A DNA stretch of 61,782 bases from a virus (IMGVR_UViG_3300044922_000479:1-61782); one strand, 5' to 3'; numbered from the stretch's first letter, positions 45,673 to 55,736 are shown. The notes: generated from the letters alone by a model not told the origin. Translations and numbers: made by a program.

Positions 45673-47111
45673 TCTTTGATTTCTTCGCCAAGCACAGCGC
45701 TTGCGATATTGATTTTGTTGCGCAGCGCCTTGACGATGTGTTCGTCCACTGTGTTAGGAGAGACAAAGTCGATGTAGGTCACCTTGTCTGTCTGCCCGAT
45801 ACGGTGCGCCCTGTCCTCTGACTGCAGGCGCTTTTCCAAGTCAAAGCTATTGCTGTAGTAAATCACAGTCTTTGCCTCTGTCAAGGTAATGCCGTAGCCG
45901 CCAGTGCTTGGATTGCCAACAAAGAAACGCAAGTCAGAAGCGGGGTCCTGAAACTTTGTCACGATGTCTTGGCGCTCTTCGGCTTCTGTGTCGCCGTAGT
46001 ATGTAGCTACAGACGTCATGCCGTATTCCTTTTGGATGGCTAAACGGATGTTCTCAATGTCCCTGCGGTAGTTGGCCCAAATGATTACTTTCCCACTACA
46101 TTCTTCAAGAGTAGCAAGCAATTCGTTCACACGATTACTTGGAATATCAATCTGCTGCCCATCGTCAAGCTTCACGTGGCCACAGCAAATCTGATGCAGC
46201 CGCATGATCTGAGTCAACGCATTGTTGGTGGACATCAAGTTGCCTTCAACCATGGCAAGCGCCATCAGCTTCATCTGGTTGTAGTAGGTGGTCTGCTCCT
46301 TGGTGAGTTCAATCTCACGCCGGACAAACACTTTGTCCGGCAGGTCCAAGCATTCGTCCTTGGTCACGCGGAATGAAAAGCGATTGAGCTTTTGCTGCAA
46401 CTCATCCAAATGTCTGTAGCCCACGATCTGCTTGAACGTGTGCGTGGGCATCTTGCGCTCAACCAGAATGGCGTAGCGTGCTTGGAACGCGTAGTAGCTG
46501 TAGCTGTTGAGGCACTCAGGGCCTAAGAATTCACACTGACTGTACAGATCCAGAGGTGACTTAGTCACAGGGGAGCCCGTTGCAATACGCCTGTATCGCG
46601 CATCACGGGCCACTTTGATAATGCTCTTGGTGCGCTTAGCGGATGGGGTCTTGATGGTGGTGCTTTCATCAACTGCCATGAATGCATTTGTCACTCTGAG
46701 GAATGTGCGCGCATGGGCTACACCCTTCTCTGTGCTGAACGCTTCAATGTTCATGATCAGAATGCGCATGGTGTCCACGGCATTCATCATCTTGTCCATC
46801 TCCTCACGCTCTGCTTTGCGTGGTGTAGGCGACCAACAAGCCACCGTTGTAGGAACGTGCTCTGGCATATGCTTTGGCAATTCGGATGTATACCAGTTGC
46901 GGTAAACGCCCTTTGGCGCTACGATGAGCATAGAGTTGATCTTGCCCTTGTCGTATAGCATGGCTGCGTTGTTGATGAGCATAAAGCTCTTACCCGTTCC
47001 CATCTCTGCAAACAGTGCAACTTCTTTGTCCTCCCAGAAACGCTGCAGAAATGCAGCCTGATGGACGAACGGTTGGTTCTTAAATGGGTATTGATTTAAA
47101 AAATAATCCAT
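45660..47111 (-). CDS. SNF2-family helicase
   Basis: EMGTGKS, VDES, ATGSP, GGYGITLT, QSEDRAHRIGQ. Confidence 0.93.
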   Translation of the reverse strand: MDYFLNQYPFKNQPFVHQAAFLQRFWEDKEVALFAEMGTGKSFMLINNAAMLYDKGKINSMLIVAPKGVYRNWYTSELPKHMPEHVPTTVACWSPTPRKAEREEMDKMMNAVDTMRILIMNIEAFSTEKGVAHARTFLRVTNAFMAVDESTTIKTPSAKRTKSIIKVARDARYRRIATGSPVTKSPLDLYSQCEFLGPECLNSYSYYAFQARYAILVERKMPTHTFKQIVGYRHLDELQQKLNRFSFRVTKDECLDLPDKVFVRREIELTKEQTTYYNQMKLMALAMVEGNLMSTNNALTQIMRLHQICCGHVKLDDGQQIDIPSNRVNELLATLEECSGKVIIWANYRRDIENIRLAIQKEYGMTSVATYYGDTEAEERQDIVTKFQDPASDLRFFVGNPSTGGYGITLTEAKTVIYYSNSFDLEKRLQSEDRAHRIGQTDKVTYIDFVSPNTVDEHIVKALRNKINIASAVLGEEIKEWIK

Positions 47112-47140
47112 ATCTTTCTCACTTTCTTTTTAAAAAGGTG

Positions 47141-47193
47141 TTGACACCCCGAAAAGATAGTGTACACTAAAAGCACGTTTAAAGAAAGGATAG
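47141..47193 (+). promoter_or_regulatory. Sigma70-like promoter plus RBS in the divergent gap
   Basis: TTGACA 47141-47146, TACACT 47163-47168 inside palindrome TAGTGTACACTA; AGAAAGGATAG from 47183. Confidence 0.75.
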
Positions 47194-47201
47194 CGTAAAA
47201 C

Positions 47202-47552
47202 ATGTCAACAACTACTGAGCATTTCCCTCTGGTGTACGTCGTACAAGAGATGCCGAATCATGATATTGCAGGGGCAATGAAATTTGGAGACCCAACGGTG
47301 CTATTGCCGTCAAATGTCCAGATTGCATTTTCCACAGTACCGACAGTCAGGCTGCTAAAGCGCAAGCTTCGCAACTTTTCTGATCGTGACTTTCTGCTTT
47401 TAGCCGGAGACCCAGTGGCCATCGGGCTTGCATGCGCAGTTGCTGCAGCATACAACTCAGGCCGTTTTAATGTTTTGAAGTGGGATCGTCGCGAAAAGAT
47501 GTACATCCCAGTTAAAATTGATATCACAGAGAATGGAGAAAGAGATGACTAA
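47202..47552 (+). CDS. Conserved small alpha/beta phage protein
   Basis: VYVVQE, DFLLLAGDP, LKWDR..YIPV. Confidence 0.8.
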   Translation: MSTTTEHFPLVYVVQEMPNHDIAGAMKFGDPTVLLPSNVQIAFSTVPTVRLLKRKLRNFSDRDFLLLAGDPVAIGLACAVAAAYNSGRFNVLKWDRREKMYIPVKIDITENGERDD

Positions 47553-48099
47553 CGTCAATATATTTGAAGAAGATGCAGGCGCACTGCAAGTTAAGAACGA
47601 AGACCTGTCTTCCGTTGGCGCTTTGGCTAAACGAGCCAAGGAGTTGGAAAAGGAAATCGACGACATCGAAGATGTGCTCAAAGAGCGCAAGGAACAACAA
47701 CGCAAGTTGCTTGAAGACACCATCCCCGCGATGCTCTCTGAGCTTGGCATGAAGTCCTTCAAGATGGCTGACGGCAGCCAGATCGACATCAAGCCTTTCT
47801 ACAGTGCAAGCATCAAGGAAGAAAAGCGCGCACAAGCCTACGAGTGGCTGCGCGAAAAGGGCTTTGACGACATTATCAAGAACACAGTGTCAGTGCGGTT
47901 TGGTCGTGGTGAAGACCAACTGTGCGAAGCACTCCTCAATCTACTGCGCGAGCAAAACTACCCAGTTGAGCAAGCACAGAAGATCGAACCCCAGACCTTG
48001 AAAGCTTGGGTTCGCGAAATGGTGGAACGCGGTAGCGAGTTCCCCACAGAGCTTTTCGGCGCATACGTGGGCCAAAAAGCAACTATCAAATCAGCATGA
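47545..48099 (+). CDS. Conserved replication-module protein (coiled coil plus alpha/beta)
   Basis: GGAG RBS; IPAMLSELGM, WLREKGFDDIIKN, QTLKAWVRE. Confidence 0.8.
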   Translation: MTNVNIFEEDAGALQVKNEDLSSVGALAKRAKELEKEIDDIEDVLKERKEQQRKLLEDTIPAMLSELGMKSFKMADGSQIDIKPFYSASIKEEKRAQAYEWLREKGFDDIIKNTVSVRFGRGEDQLCEALLNLLREQNYPVEQAQKIEPQTLKAWVREMVERGSEFPTELFGAYVGQKATIKSA

Positions 48100-48116
48100 A
48101 CTAAAGGAAATTTAAA

Positions 48117-48884
48117 ATGGCTAAGAATGAAGTAGCAGTAAAAGAGACCAACGCTTTGGCATTGGCGGGTGACTTTGAGCAGGACGCTCAGAGTGGTTTT
48201 GAGAACATGAGTCAGGACGATTTCGCCCTGCCATTCTTGAAGCTTTTGACCAACACAAGCCCTGAAGTAGGTGAAGTAGATGGCGCGTTGCCCGGCATGG
48301 TCCTCAACAGCGTCACGGGTCAGTTGTATGACGGCAAAAAAGGCCTGTTGGTGTTGCCAGTCGCTTATGTGCGTCAGTACATTGAGTGGGCTCCACGTGG
48401 CTCTGGCTCCGGTGCACCGATGAATATCTATCCGGCAACGTCAGATATTTTAAGCCGCACGCACCGCGAACCGGGCGACAACAAGGACTATCTCGATAAC
48501 GGCAACTACATCGAGAACACAGCAAACCACTACGTGATGATCATTGGTGACTCTGGTATTCCTGAGCCTGCATTGATTACCATGAAGTCAACGCAACTTA
48601 AAAAATCGCGCAAGTGGAACAGCATGATGATGTCCACAAAGATGATGGGAGCCAACGGCCCATTCACTCCTCCGATGTACTCACAGGTGTATCGCCTGAC
48701 GACACAAGCCGAGTCCAACGACAAGGGCAAGTGGTTTGGTTGGGAAGTCGAGAAGATCGGTCCTGTAGAAGACATGAACGCTTACAAAGCGGCCAAGTCC
48801 TTCGCTACCCAAGTCGGCACCGGCGAAGTAAAGGTCAAGCACGAGCACGAGAGCGCCCCAAACGCTAACGACGTCCCGTTCTGA
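48117..48884 (+). CDS. Single-stranded DNA-binding protein (putative)
   Basis: C-terminal NDVPF tail, NDKGKWFGW, position in the replication block. Confidence 0.65.
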   Translation: MAKNEVAVKETNALALAGDFEQDAQSGFENMSQDDFALPFLKLLTNTSPEVGEVDGALPGMVLNSVTGQLYDGKKGLLVLPVAYVRQYIEWAPRGSGSGAPMNIYPATSDILSRTHREPGDNKDYLDNGNYIENTANHYVMIIGDSGIPEPALITMKSTQLKKSRKWNSMMMSTKMMGANGPFTPPMYSQVYRLTTQAESNDKGKWFGWEVEKIGPVEDMNAYKAAKSFATQVGTGEVKVKHEHESAPNANDVPF

Positions 48885-48885
48885 T

Positions 48886-48955
48886 TACCGGGGGGAAAGT
48901 TTGACAAGGTATGCTTTTCGAAAGCTTGCAGACGACTTGTCATTCCGGTACCCCC
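48886..48955 (+). other. Structured intergenic hairpin upstream of the primase gene
   Basis: GGGGG/CCCCC outer stem, TGACAAG/CTTGTCA middle stem, GCTTT-TCG-AAAGC inner hairpin. Confidence 0.6.
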
Positions 48956-48973
48956 ACCTTTATAGAGTGAAGC

Positions 48974-50506
48974 ATGACCGATATAACAAAATTCAAAGCG
49001 ATATTCAGCGGTCTGGATATAGCTTACGGAACCTACCGTATCAAAAAGGAGCGCGGTGATGGCAAGCAGGCAGGACAGGCCACGGTGGTTAGGAAACCGC
49101 CGACTGATGACCTATGGGTACAACACTTGGATGGCGTTGACCCTTCTTTGGGCATCATTCCGATACGTGCGGACAATACTTGTATATGGGGCTGTATCGA
49201 TATTGATCAGTACCCTCTTGACCATAAAGGCTTGGTGGAAAAGGTTGCGCAGCTAAAGCTGCCAATGGTTGTCTGCCGCAGTAAATCTGGAGGAGCACAT
49301 GTCTTCTTATTTTCTAGGGAGCCGGCTCCGGCTCGGGAATTCCAAGAATATCTCAAAAATGCGGCAGCTCTCCTCGGTGAAGCGGGCCGTGAGATTTTTC
49401 CTAAGCAATCCGAGATCTTGGTTGAGCGAGGCGACACCGGAAACTTTCTCAACCTACCGTACTTCGGGGGCGACAATGGTACGCGGTATGCATTCAATGC
49501 CGACGGGTCCGCGGCCACGCTTGAAGAGTTCTATGCGCTCTATGAGGCAGCCGTCCAAGACCTGCCGCTCATTGTTCCAGAGCCGCCGAAGCAAGCGGAG
49601 AGTCCCGTCAAAGATGGTCCGCCTTGCCTACAGGCTTTGTGCGCCCAAGGTTTTCCCGAGGGCACCCGTAATAATGGACTTTTCAACATTGGAGTCTTTC
49701 TTAAGCGCGCATTCCCCGCAGCGTGGGAAGACAAGATGGTGGAGTACAACTTCAAGTATGTATCCCCACCGCTCCCAAACAACGAAGTCCAAATACTTGT
49801 CAAACAGGTTGGCAAGAAAGAATATCTTTACAAGTGCAAAGACGCGCCGCTCAATAGCTTCTGCAACTCCGGCCTATGCCGGACGCGAAAGTTTGGCATC
49901 GGAACAAATGGTCCTGATGCGCCTCAGATAGCAGCCCTGTCCAAATACGCCAGTGAGCCACCCCTGTGGTTCTTGGATGTTAATGGACGCAGAGTAGAAC
50001 TAGATACCGAGAGCCTCTTCACGCAAGTGGCTTTCCAAAAGGCTTGTCTTGAAAAGCTCAACGTGCTGCCGCCCACCTTGCGCAAGCAAGATTGGGAACA
50101 ACTGCTTAATGCCCTTCTCAAAGAGATGGTGGAGACAGAGCAGATCACCGACGCACCAGAGGACACAAGCATCACTGGCCGCTTCATGGATCTGCTTGAA
50201 GAATTCACAACGCACATGCAAGAAGCGATGGACCGCGAAGAGATGCTCATGGGCCGTCCATGGACGGATGTCGATGAAGCGAAAACCTACTTCCGGATCA
50301 AGGACCTCGAAGCACACCTGAAGCGCAACAACTTCATTGGTCTCACCGCTCCCAAGATGGCTCAGCGCCTTCGCGACATGGGTGGCGAGCCGATACCGTT
50401 GTTTCTCAAAGGCCGGACTGTGCGCTGTTGGCGCATACCGCGCTTCCAGAAACAGGACGCACCATTTGAATCACAAACCAAACGCACTACAGGGAGCCCA
50501 TTCTGA
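48974..50506 (+). CDS. AEP-superfamily primase with PriCT-like domain
   Basis: WGCIDID, RSKSGGAH, IFPKQ, GNFLNLPY; PPCL...EGTRNN. Confidence 0.82.
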   Translation: MTDITKFKAIFSGLDIAYGTYRIKKERGDGKQAGQATVVRKPPTDDLWVQHLDGVDPSLGIIPIRADNTCIWGCIDIDQYPLDHKGLVEKVAQLKLPMVVCRSKSGGAHVFLFSREPAPAREFQEYLKNAAALLGEAGREIFPKQSEILVERGDTGNFLNLPYFGGDNGTRYAFNADGSAATLEEFYALYEAAVQDLPLIVPEPPKQAESPVKDGPPCLQALCAQGFPEGTRNNGLFNIGVFLKRAFPAAWEDKMVEYNFKYVSPPLPNNEVQILVKQVGKKEYLYKCKDAPLNSFCNSGLCRTRKFGIGTNGPDAPQIAALSKYASEPPLWFLDVNGRRVELDTESLFTQVAFQKACLEKLNVLPPTLRKQDWEQLLNALLKEMVETEQITDAPEDTSITGRFMDLLEEFTTHMQEAMDREEMLMGRPWTDVDEAKTYFRIKDLEAHLKRNNFIGLTAPKMAQRLRDMGGEPIPLFLKGRTVRCWRIPRFQKQDAPFESQTKRTTGSPF

Positions 50507-50757
50507 TGCTAAAAATTGACGGACATGACGATGCTGTTCTTGGCCCTGCAATGATCTGGGGGCAAGGCGGAAACCGTATATCAGTTCTGGTATACGACGC
50601 AGAAGCCATTCGCGCAACGCTCATGCACCGCGATGGCATGGACGCTGAAGAAGCCCGTGAATACATTGAGTTCAACATCGAGGGCGCTTACATGGGCCCT
50701 GACACACCTATCCTTGTCTGGCTCGACGATTTGTGGGACGAGGACTACGATGAGTGA
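50506..50757 (+). CDS. Conserved phage hypothetical protein
   Basis: DGHDDAVLG, GMDAEEAREYIEFNIEGAYMGPDTP. Confidence 0.78.
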   Translation: MLKIDGHDDAVLGPAMIWGQGGNRISVLVYDAEAIRATLMHRDGMDAEEAREYIEFNIEGAYMGPDTPILVWLDDLWDEDYDE

Positions 50758-52249
50758 TATCCGCAAGGTCTTTGGACCTCCGGGCTCAGGCAAGACCACG
50801 TACCTTCTGAACGTGGTTGACCGCGAGTTGGCAGCCGATCTGTCTCCGATGCAGATCGGCTATTTTTCTTTCACCAAGAAAGCCGCAACAGAGGCCAAGG
50901 ACCGAGCGATTGCGAAGTTCCCCGCCCTAAATGCGCGCACCGACTTCCCATATTTCAGAACCCTGCACAGCTTGGCTTTCCATTGCCTTGCCGTCAAGGT
51001 GGACTTCATGATGAAGCCAGAGCATTACCGAGAGTTTGCTGCCGAAGCCGGTATTCAAATGAACGTGGTCCAAGAAGATGATGTGGACATGGCCAAGGCC
51101 GACAACCCCATCCTTAACGAGATCAATCTAGCACGCATCCGCGGAGTAGATCTGCGTGAACACTACAACCAGTGTGGTCTGGACATCGAATGGCATCACT
51201 TTGAGTTTGTCGAAAGATCCTACCGGCACTACAAACGTAGCAAAGAACTACTTGACTTCACTGACCTGCTGGAGATGATTGTGGTGCAGCCCGAGCGCCT
51301 TCCCGCGCTTGAAGTGCTGATTGTTGACGAAGCACAGGATTTGTCCCGTCTGCAATGGCAGCTTGTCGAATCCCTCGCTAAAAAATCGAAACGGGTATTC
51401 CTCGCTGGCGACGACGATCAGGCAGTGTTCACTTGGGCGGGCGCAGATGTCAAGAGCTTCTTGTCATTTGAGGGTCAGATCACAGTCCTTGATCAGTCCT
51501 ACCGCGTCCCATCAATAGTCCACAAGCTTGCCAACAAGGTTGTGGAGCAGATCAAAGAGCGCCAAGAGAAAGAATGGAAGCCCCGCGACTATGAGGGCGC
51601 AGTCAAAACTTACTACCGCTTTGAAGATGTGCCAATTGATGACGGCCAATGGCTCATCATGGGCAGCACCAACTATCTTTTGAACCCTATCCATGAATGG
51701 CTACGGGCCTCTGGAATCCTTTTTGAGCGCTCAGGGGTACCAAGCCTTAGCCTGACCCTTTTAAAAGCCGTACAGGCATGGGAAAAGCTGCGCAAAGGGG
51801 CGTTCCTGTATGGCGATGAGATCAGAAACGTCTACAAATACATTGGCGCTGAATATATAACCAAGGGCTACCGCACTTTTAAGGGCGAGGCGCTTCATGA
51901 ATACAGCATCAAGGACCTGCAGAAAAGCTTTGGCTTGCAGACCGATGCCATCTGGCACGAAGCCTTGTCCCGCATTACCGAAGACAAGCGTTTTTACCTC
52001 ACCGCGGTCCTCAGGCGCGGCACCAAACTGTCAACCATGGGCCGGATTAAACTGTCCACGATTCATGGCGCTAAAGGTGGCGAGGCGGACAATGTGCTGC
52101 TGCTCATGGACCTCTCACCAAGGTTTGCAAAAGAGTACGCAAGTAACGGAGACAACGTTCACCGGCTCTTTTACGTGGGAATAACCCGCGCCAAGCAGAC
52201 ACTTCACCTAGTTTTACCCAAACATATTGAAAAAGGCTTCAAAATATGA
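50750..52249 (+). CDS. UvrD/Rep-like SF1 helicase
   Basis: GPPGSGKTT, TLHS, VDEAQD, GDDDQA, QSYR, STIHGAKGGE, YVGITRA. GAGG RBS supports the 50750 start. Confidence 0.93.
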   Translation: MSDIRKVFGPPGSGKTTYLLNVVDRELAADLSPMQIGYFSFTKKAATEAKDRAIAKFPALNARTDFPYFRTLHSLAFHCLAVKVDFMMKPEHYREFAAEAGIQMNVVQEDDVDMAKADNPILNEINLARIRGVDLREHYNQCGLDIEWHHFEFVERSYRHYKRSKELLDFTDLLEMIVVQPERLPALEVLIVDEAQDLSRLQWQLVESLAKKSKRVFLAGDDDQAVFTWAGADVKSFLSFEGQITVLDQSYRVPSIVHKLANKVVEQIKERQEKEWKPRDYEGAVKTYYRFEDVPIDDGQWLIMGSTNYLLNPIHEWLRASGILFERSGVPSLSLTLLKAVQAWEKLRKGAFLYGDEIRNVYKYIGAEYITKGYRTFKGEALHEYSIKDLQKSFGLQTDAIWHEALSRITEDKRFYLTAVLRRGTKLSTMGRIKLSTIHGAKGGEADNVLLLMDLSPRFAKEYASNGDNVHRLFYVGITRAKQTLHLVLPKHIEKGFKI

Positions 52250-54111
52250 AAACAATACCGCTTTTTCCTACGTCCACCGAATGGGTAGCTCCAGAAGTGT
52301 TCCCGAATCTCTCAACAGCGAAAGAAATAGCAATTGATCTCGAAACTTGCGACCCCAATTTGGAATCCATGGGCCCGGGATGGCCTCGGAACGACGGTTT
52401 CGTTGTCGGCTACGCCATTGCCGTCGATGGATGGTCTGGATATTTTCCGGTGGCGCATCAGGGTGGTGGAAATCTGGACAGACGAAGAGTGGAGAGATGG
52501 ATCGCGGACGTACTGGCTTACCCTTCCGATAAGGTTATGCATAACGCCGCCTATGACTTGGGGTGGTTACAAGCAAGTGGTTTTAAGGTCAACGGACGGA
52601 TCGTTGATACCATGCTCGCTGCCCCAATTCTTGACGAAAACCGCTTCAGCTATGCTCTCAACTCCTTGGGATTCGACTATCTCCAAGAAGTCAAGTCAGA
52701 ACAAGGGCTCAAACAAGCCGCTGCGGACTTCGGAGTTCATCCAAAAAAGGAACTTTGGAAACTACCCGCCATGTATGTGGGAGAGTACGCTGAGCAGGAT
52801 GCAGCGCTCACACTGAAACTGTGGCAAGCGTTCAAGATCCGCATGCGTCAGGATGAAGTTGAATCCATCTTCAACCTCGAAACAGAAGCCTTCCCTGTCC
52901 TGCACAACATGACAAGCCGCGGGATCCGCTTTGACCGGACCAAATGTGAGCAGCTAATCGACCAACTCATTGCCCGTGAGAAACAAATCCACAAAGACCT
53001 CAAATCACTTGTCGGATCCAACGTCGATATCTGGGCCGCACAAAGCATCGCCCTAGCTTTTGACAAGCTGCACCTTCCCTACGCCAAGACCGAGAACGGC
53101 CAACCGAGCTTTACAAAAGGTTTCTTGGATGGCTGTGAGCACCCGATTGCCAAGATGATTGTGGAGGCGCGCGAGACCAACAAAACGCACAGCACCTTCC
53201 TGCAACCGTATCTGAACTTCAGCGCCAAGACCGGCCGTATTCATCCGCACGTCAACCAGATGCGCTCAGACGATGGCGGCACCGTTACAGGACGTCTGTC
53301 CATGGCCAACCCGAACCTGCAGCAGGTCCCTGCCCGCCACGAGATCATCGGCCCCATGGTCCGCAGCCTGTTCCTTCCCGAAGATGGTGAGATGTGGGCC
53401 TCAAATGACTTCTCCTCACAGGAGCCGCGCCTGCTTGTGCACTACGCCAATCTGCTCGATTTGCCCGGAGCCGACAAGATGGTGGCAGCCTATCAAGAGA
53501 ACCCCAACACCGACTTTCACCAGATGGTTGCCGACATGGCCGGCATCAAACGTAAAGCTGCCAAGACCATTGGTCTGGGCTTGATGTACGGCATGGGCAA
53601 GAACAAACTGGCAGCGCAGCTTGACCTGAACCTTGACGAAGCTTCCGAGTTGATCGACCAGTTCCACAGGAATGTCCCGTTCCTGAAAGGCACAGTCAAT
53701 GCTGTGATGAAACGAATCGAGCATCCCGCATCAGGCGGATCAATTCGCACCCTTCTTGGACGCAAGTGCCGGTTCCCACTTTGGGAGCCGATGGAGTGGG
53801 GTGTCAATAAAGCGTTGCCTCGTGAACAAGCCGTCATGGAATACGGCCAACGGATCAAGCGCGCAGGCACCTACAAGGGCTTAAATCGTTTGATCCAAGG
53901 GTCAGCCGCTGACCAGACAAAAGCTGCCATGGTTGCGCTTGCTCGGGAGGGGATCATGCCCATGCTGCAAGTTCACGATGAACTGGCGCTGAGTGTTAAG
54001 ACAAGGGAGGAAGCTGAGCGTGCTGCCGAGATCATGGCAACGTGCGTGAACCTACAAGTCCCCAGTCGGTGCGATGTGGAAATCGGACCCAACTGGGGAG
54101 AGGCAAAGTAA
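52246..54111 (+). CDS. polA: DNA polymerase family A with 3'-5' exonuclease
   Basis: DLET, HNAAYD, YAEQD; TGRLS..PNLQQ, DFSSQEPR, KTIGLGLMYG, QGSAAD, VHDE. Confidence 0.96.
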   Translation: MKTIPLFPTSTEWVAPEVFPNLSTAKEIAIDLETCDPNLESMGPGWPRNDGFVVGYAIAVDGWSGYFPVAHQGGGNLDRRRVERWIADVLAYPSDKVMHNAAYDLGWLQASGFKVNGRIVDTMLAAPILDENRFSYALNSLGFDYLQEVKSEQGLKQAAADFGVHPKKELWKLPAMYVGEYAEQDAALTLKLWQAFKIRMRQDEVESIFNLETEAFPVLHNMTSRGIRFDRTKCEQLIDQLIAREKQIHKDLKSLVGSNVDIWAAQSIALAFDKLHLPYAKTENGQPSFTKGFLDGCEHPIAKMIVEARETNKTHSTFLQPYLNFSAKTGRIHPHVNQMRSDDGGTVTGRLSMANPNLQQVPARHEIIGPMVRSLFLPEDGEMWASNDFSSQEPRLLVHYANLLDLPGADKMVAAYQENPNTDFHQMVADMAGIKRKAAKTIGLGLMYGMGKNKLAAQLDLNLDEASELIDQFHRNVPFLKGTVNAVMKRIEHPASGGSIRTLLGRKCRFPLWEPMEWGVNKALPREQAVMEYGQRIKRAGTYKGLNRLIQGSAADQTKAAMVALAREGIMPMLQVHDELALSVKTREEAERAAEIMATCVNLQVPSRCDVEIGPNWGEAK

Positions 54112-55005
54112 CTATGCGGTCTCAACCTCTTTGAGGTTGACCCAACAGGGCTTGACATAGGTCAGCCTGTTTTCTGCCAACTTGCGCATGTGGCCTTTGC
54201 GGTAATGCGCGCAAGGCGAGCCATGTGCAAAATCACCACGTTGAAGCACTTCAAGGGCCGCGTCCCGCTCACCGACGCCTACCTTAAGACTGTGGAGCAG
54301 CCGAAGCTTGTGCATCATCCTGATACCCGCCATCCCTCCGGCGATGGCATTTAATCCAAGAGGTGTCAGCGTGAACCGCTGCACCGCATCTTCTTCCATC
54401 TCATAAACCTCTTTCAAGGTTTCTGCTGAGCCACAAAGTTGGATGACCGGATGCATTTTGATCTTCTCTTGCAGCAAAAAATGCCACACCGAATGGAACA
54501 GGAAGCCTGTGTTGTTGCGGGCCTTGTCACCATGCTCCGCGAACCGCGTCATGAACCCACGCTTTGTAATTCCAATGTAGCCCCTGCGTAGCGGCTCACT
54601 TGTCTCATCCGTGAACCTCTCGTCCTTGTCACTGATCTTGAACCGGATGTGGTAAATCGCATATTTCTGAATGGGCTGCTTGTCGTAGGCCAAGTACAAA
54701 GGGATGTCTATGCGCATGGCAATGTCCCCACTTATGTCAACTACCTCATCTTCAGTCAGCGGCGGACTAGATAAGGCACATACCATCAACCTTGAACTGC
54801 CGTCACCATCTCTGATAACTGGCTCAGTTAATTGCAGAAACTTAGGTTGCTGCGTTGCCCTGTCCATCCAAAACACAACGCGGACGTGGATACCTTCTTT
54901 GGCATCCACGCCCAACGGGTGCGCCTTGGCTTGTTCCAAGGCGGTCTGAACCTTTTTGCATAATTGCTTGTTTAAGAAGCAATACTCAAGGTTTTTCCAC
55001 TTCAT
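54112..55005 (-). CDS. GIY-YIG-like nuclease domain protein
   Basis: AIY...GYIGIT...RFAEH...E...GLN; C-terminal HYRKGHMR motif. Confidence 0.65.
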   Translation of the reverse strand: MKWKNLEYCFLNKQLCKKVQTALEQAKAHPLGVDAKEGIHVRVVFWMDRATQQPKFLQLTEPVIRDGDGSSRLMVCALSSPPLTEDEVVDISGDIAMRIDIPLYLAYDKQPIQKYAIYHIRFKISDKDERFTDETSEPLRRGYIGITKRGFMTRFAEHGDKARNNTGFLFHSVWHFLLQEKIKMHPVIQLCGSAETLKEVYEMEEDAVQRFTLTPLGLNAIAGGMAGIRMMHKLRLLHSLKVGVGERDAALEVLQRGDFAHGSPCAHYRKGHMRKLAENRLTYVKPCWVNLKEVETA

Positions 55006-55736
55006 CTAATCCGCCCTTCGAGGCGGTCTGCTACCAACTTGGCGTAGCCTGCAATATCCAACCAGTGGTCAACCACATCAGGATTGCCGTTCACAATGCG
55101 GCCAATCTTGTGGATGATCATGTCCATGGCCTCGGCCTGATCATGTGCCAACGTCTTGTCACGATTGTTTAAGGCGGCCTGTACAACACGTTTTAGCATC
55201 TGCATCACTTCAGCGCCCTCGATGAATTTGCCGTACTCCACGGCCCGAGCGTCAAGGGTTGCGTCCACTTCGTCTTCATACATCTCGATTCCCGTTAGCT
55301 CAAGCTTTTGGGATTCCTGCGCCCTTTTCTTTTCCAGATCCTCCCCAAACTTATCCAAGGGGATTCCTAGATTATTTGCATATTCCACCTGTTCACGGGT
55401 AAGAATAAAACGTTTAGGGGCTTTGTCACCCAATTGCTCCCTCATCATGTTCAGGCCCTCGACCGCCTGAGCGTATTGCACAGGGTCAATTCCCAACTTG
55501 TCAGCAATCATTTGCTGCTGCTCTGTCAGGATAGGCGCAAACGGAGCAAGGGATGCCAACTGCTCTGACCTCTTGGGGAAGTTAAAGCCGGTCTTCCTCA
55601 TCTTGTTGCGCAGGGCATAGACAGATTGTTTGGTCATGCCAAATCGGTTCGCTACCTCATTGACCGAGGCAGCAGGATTACTCTCCAGAAACGCCTGAGC
55701 GCGTTTGGATTTGGACGGAACTTTACGTTTTTTCAT
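55002..55736 (-). CDS. Fusion: N-terminal HTH, two scaffold-tail-like repeats, C-terminal DUF6378-like domain
   Basis: ASVNEVANRFGMTKQSVY; TLDARAVEYGKF...KIGRIVNGNP..DHWLDIAGYAKLV. Confidence 0.8.
   Translation of the reverse strand: MKKRKVPSKSKRAQAFLESNPAASVNEVANRFGMTKQSVYALRNKMRKTGFNFPKRSEQLASLAPFAPILTEQQQMIADKLGIDPVQYAQAVEGLNMMREQLGDKAPKRFILTREQVEYANNLGIPLDKFGEDLEKKRAQESQKLELTGIEMYEDEVDATLDARAVEYGKFIEGAEVMQMLKRVVQAALNNRDKTLAHDQAEAMDMIIHKIGRIVNGNPDVVDHWLDIAGYAKLVADRLEGRIR

Noticed and set aside
3937-54111. Stop-codon recoding, introns or inteins in core genes
   Set aside because: TerL, portal, capsid, helicases and PolA are intact at expected sizes under the standard code.
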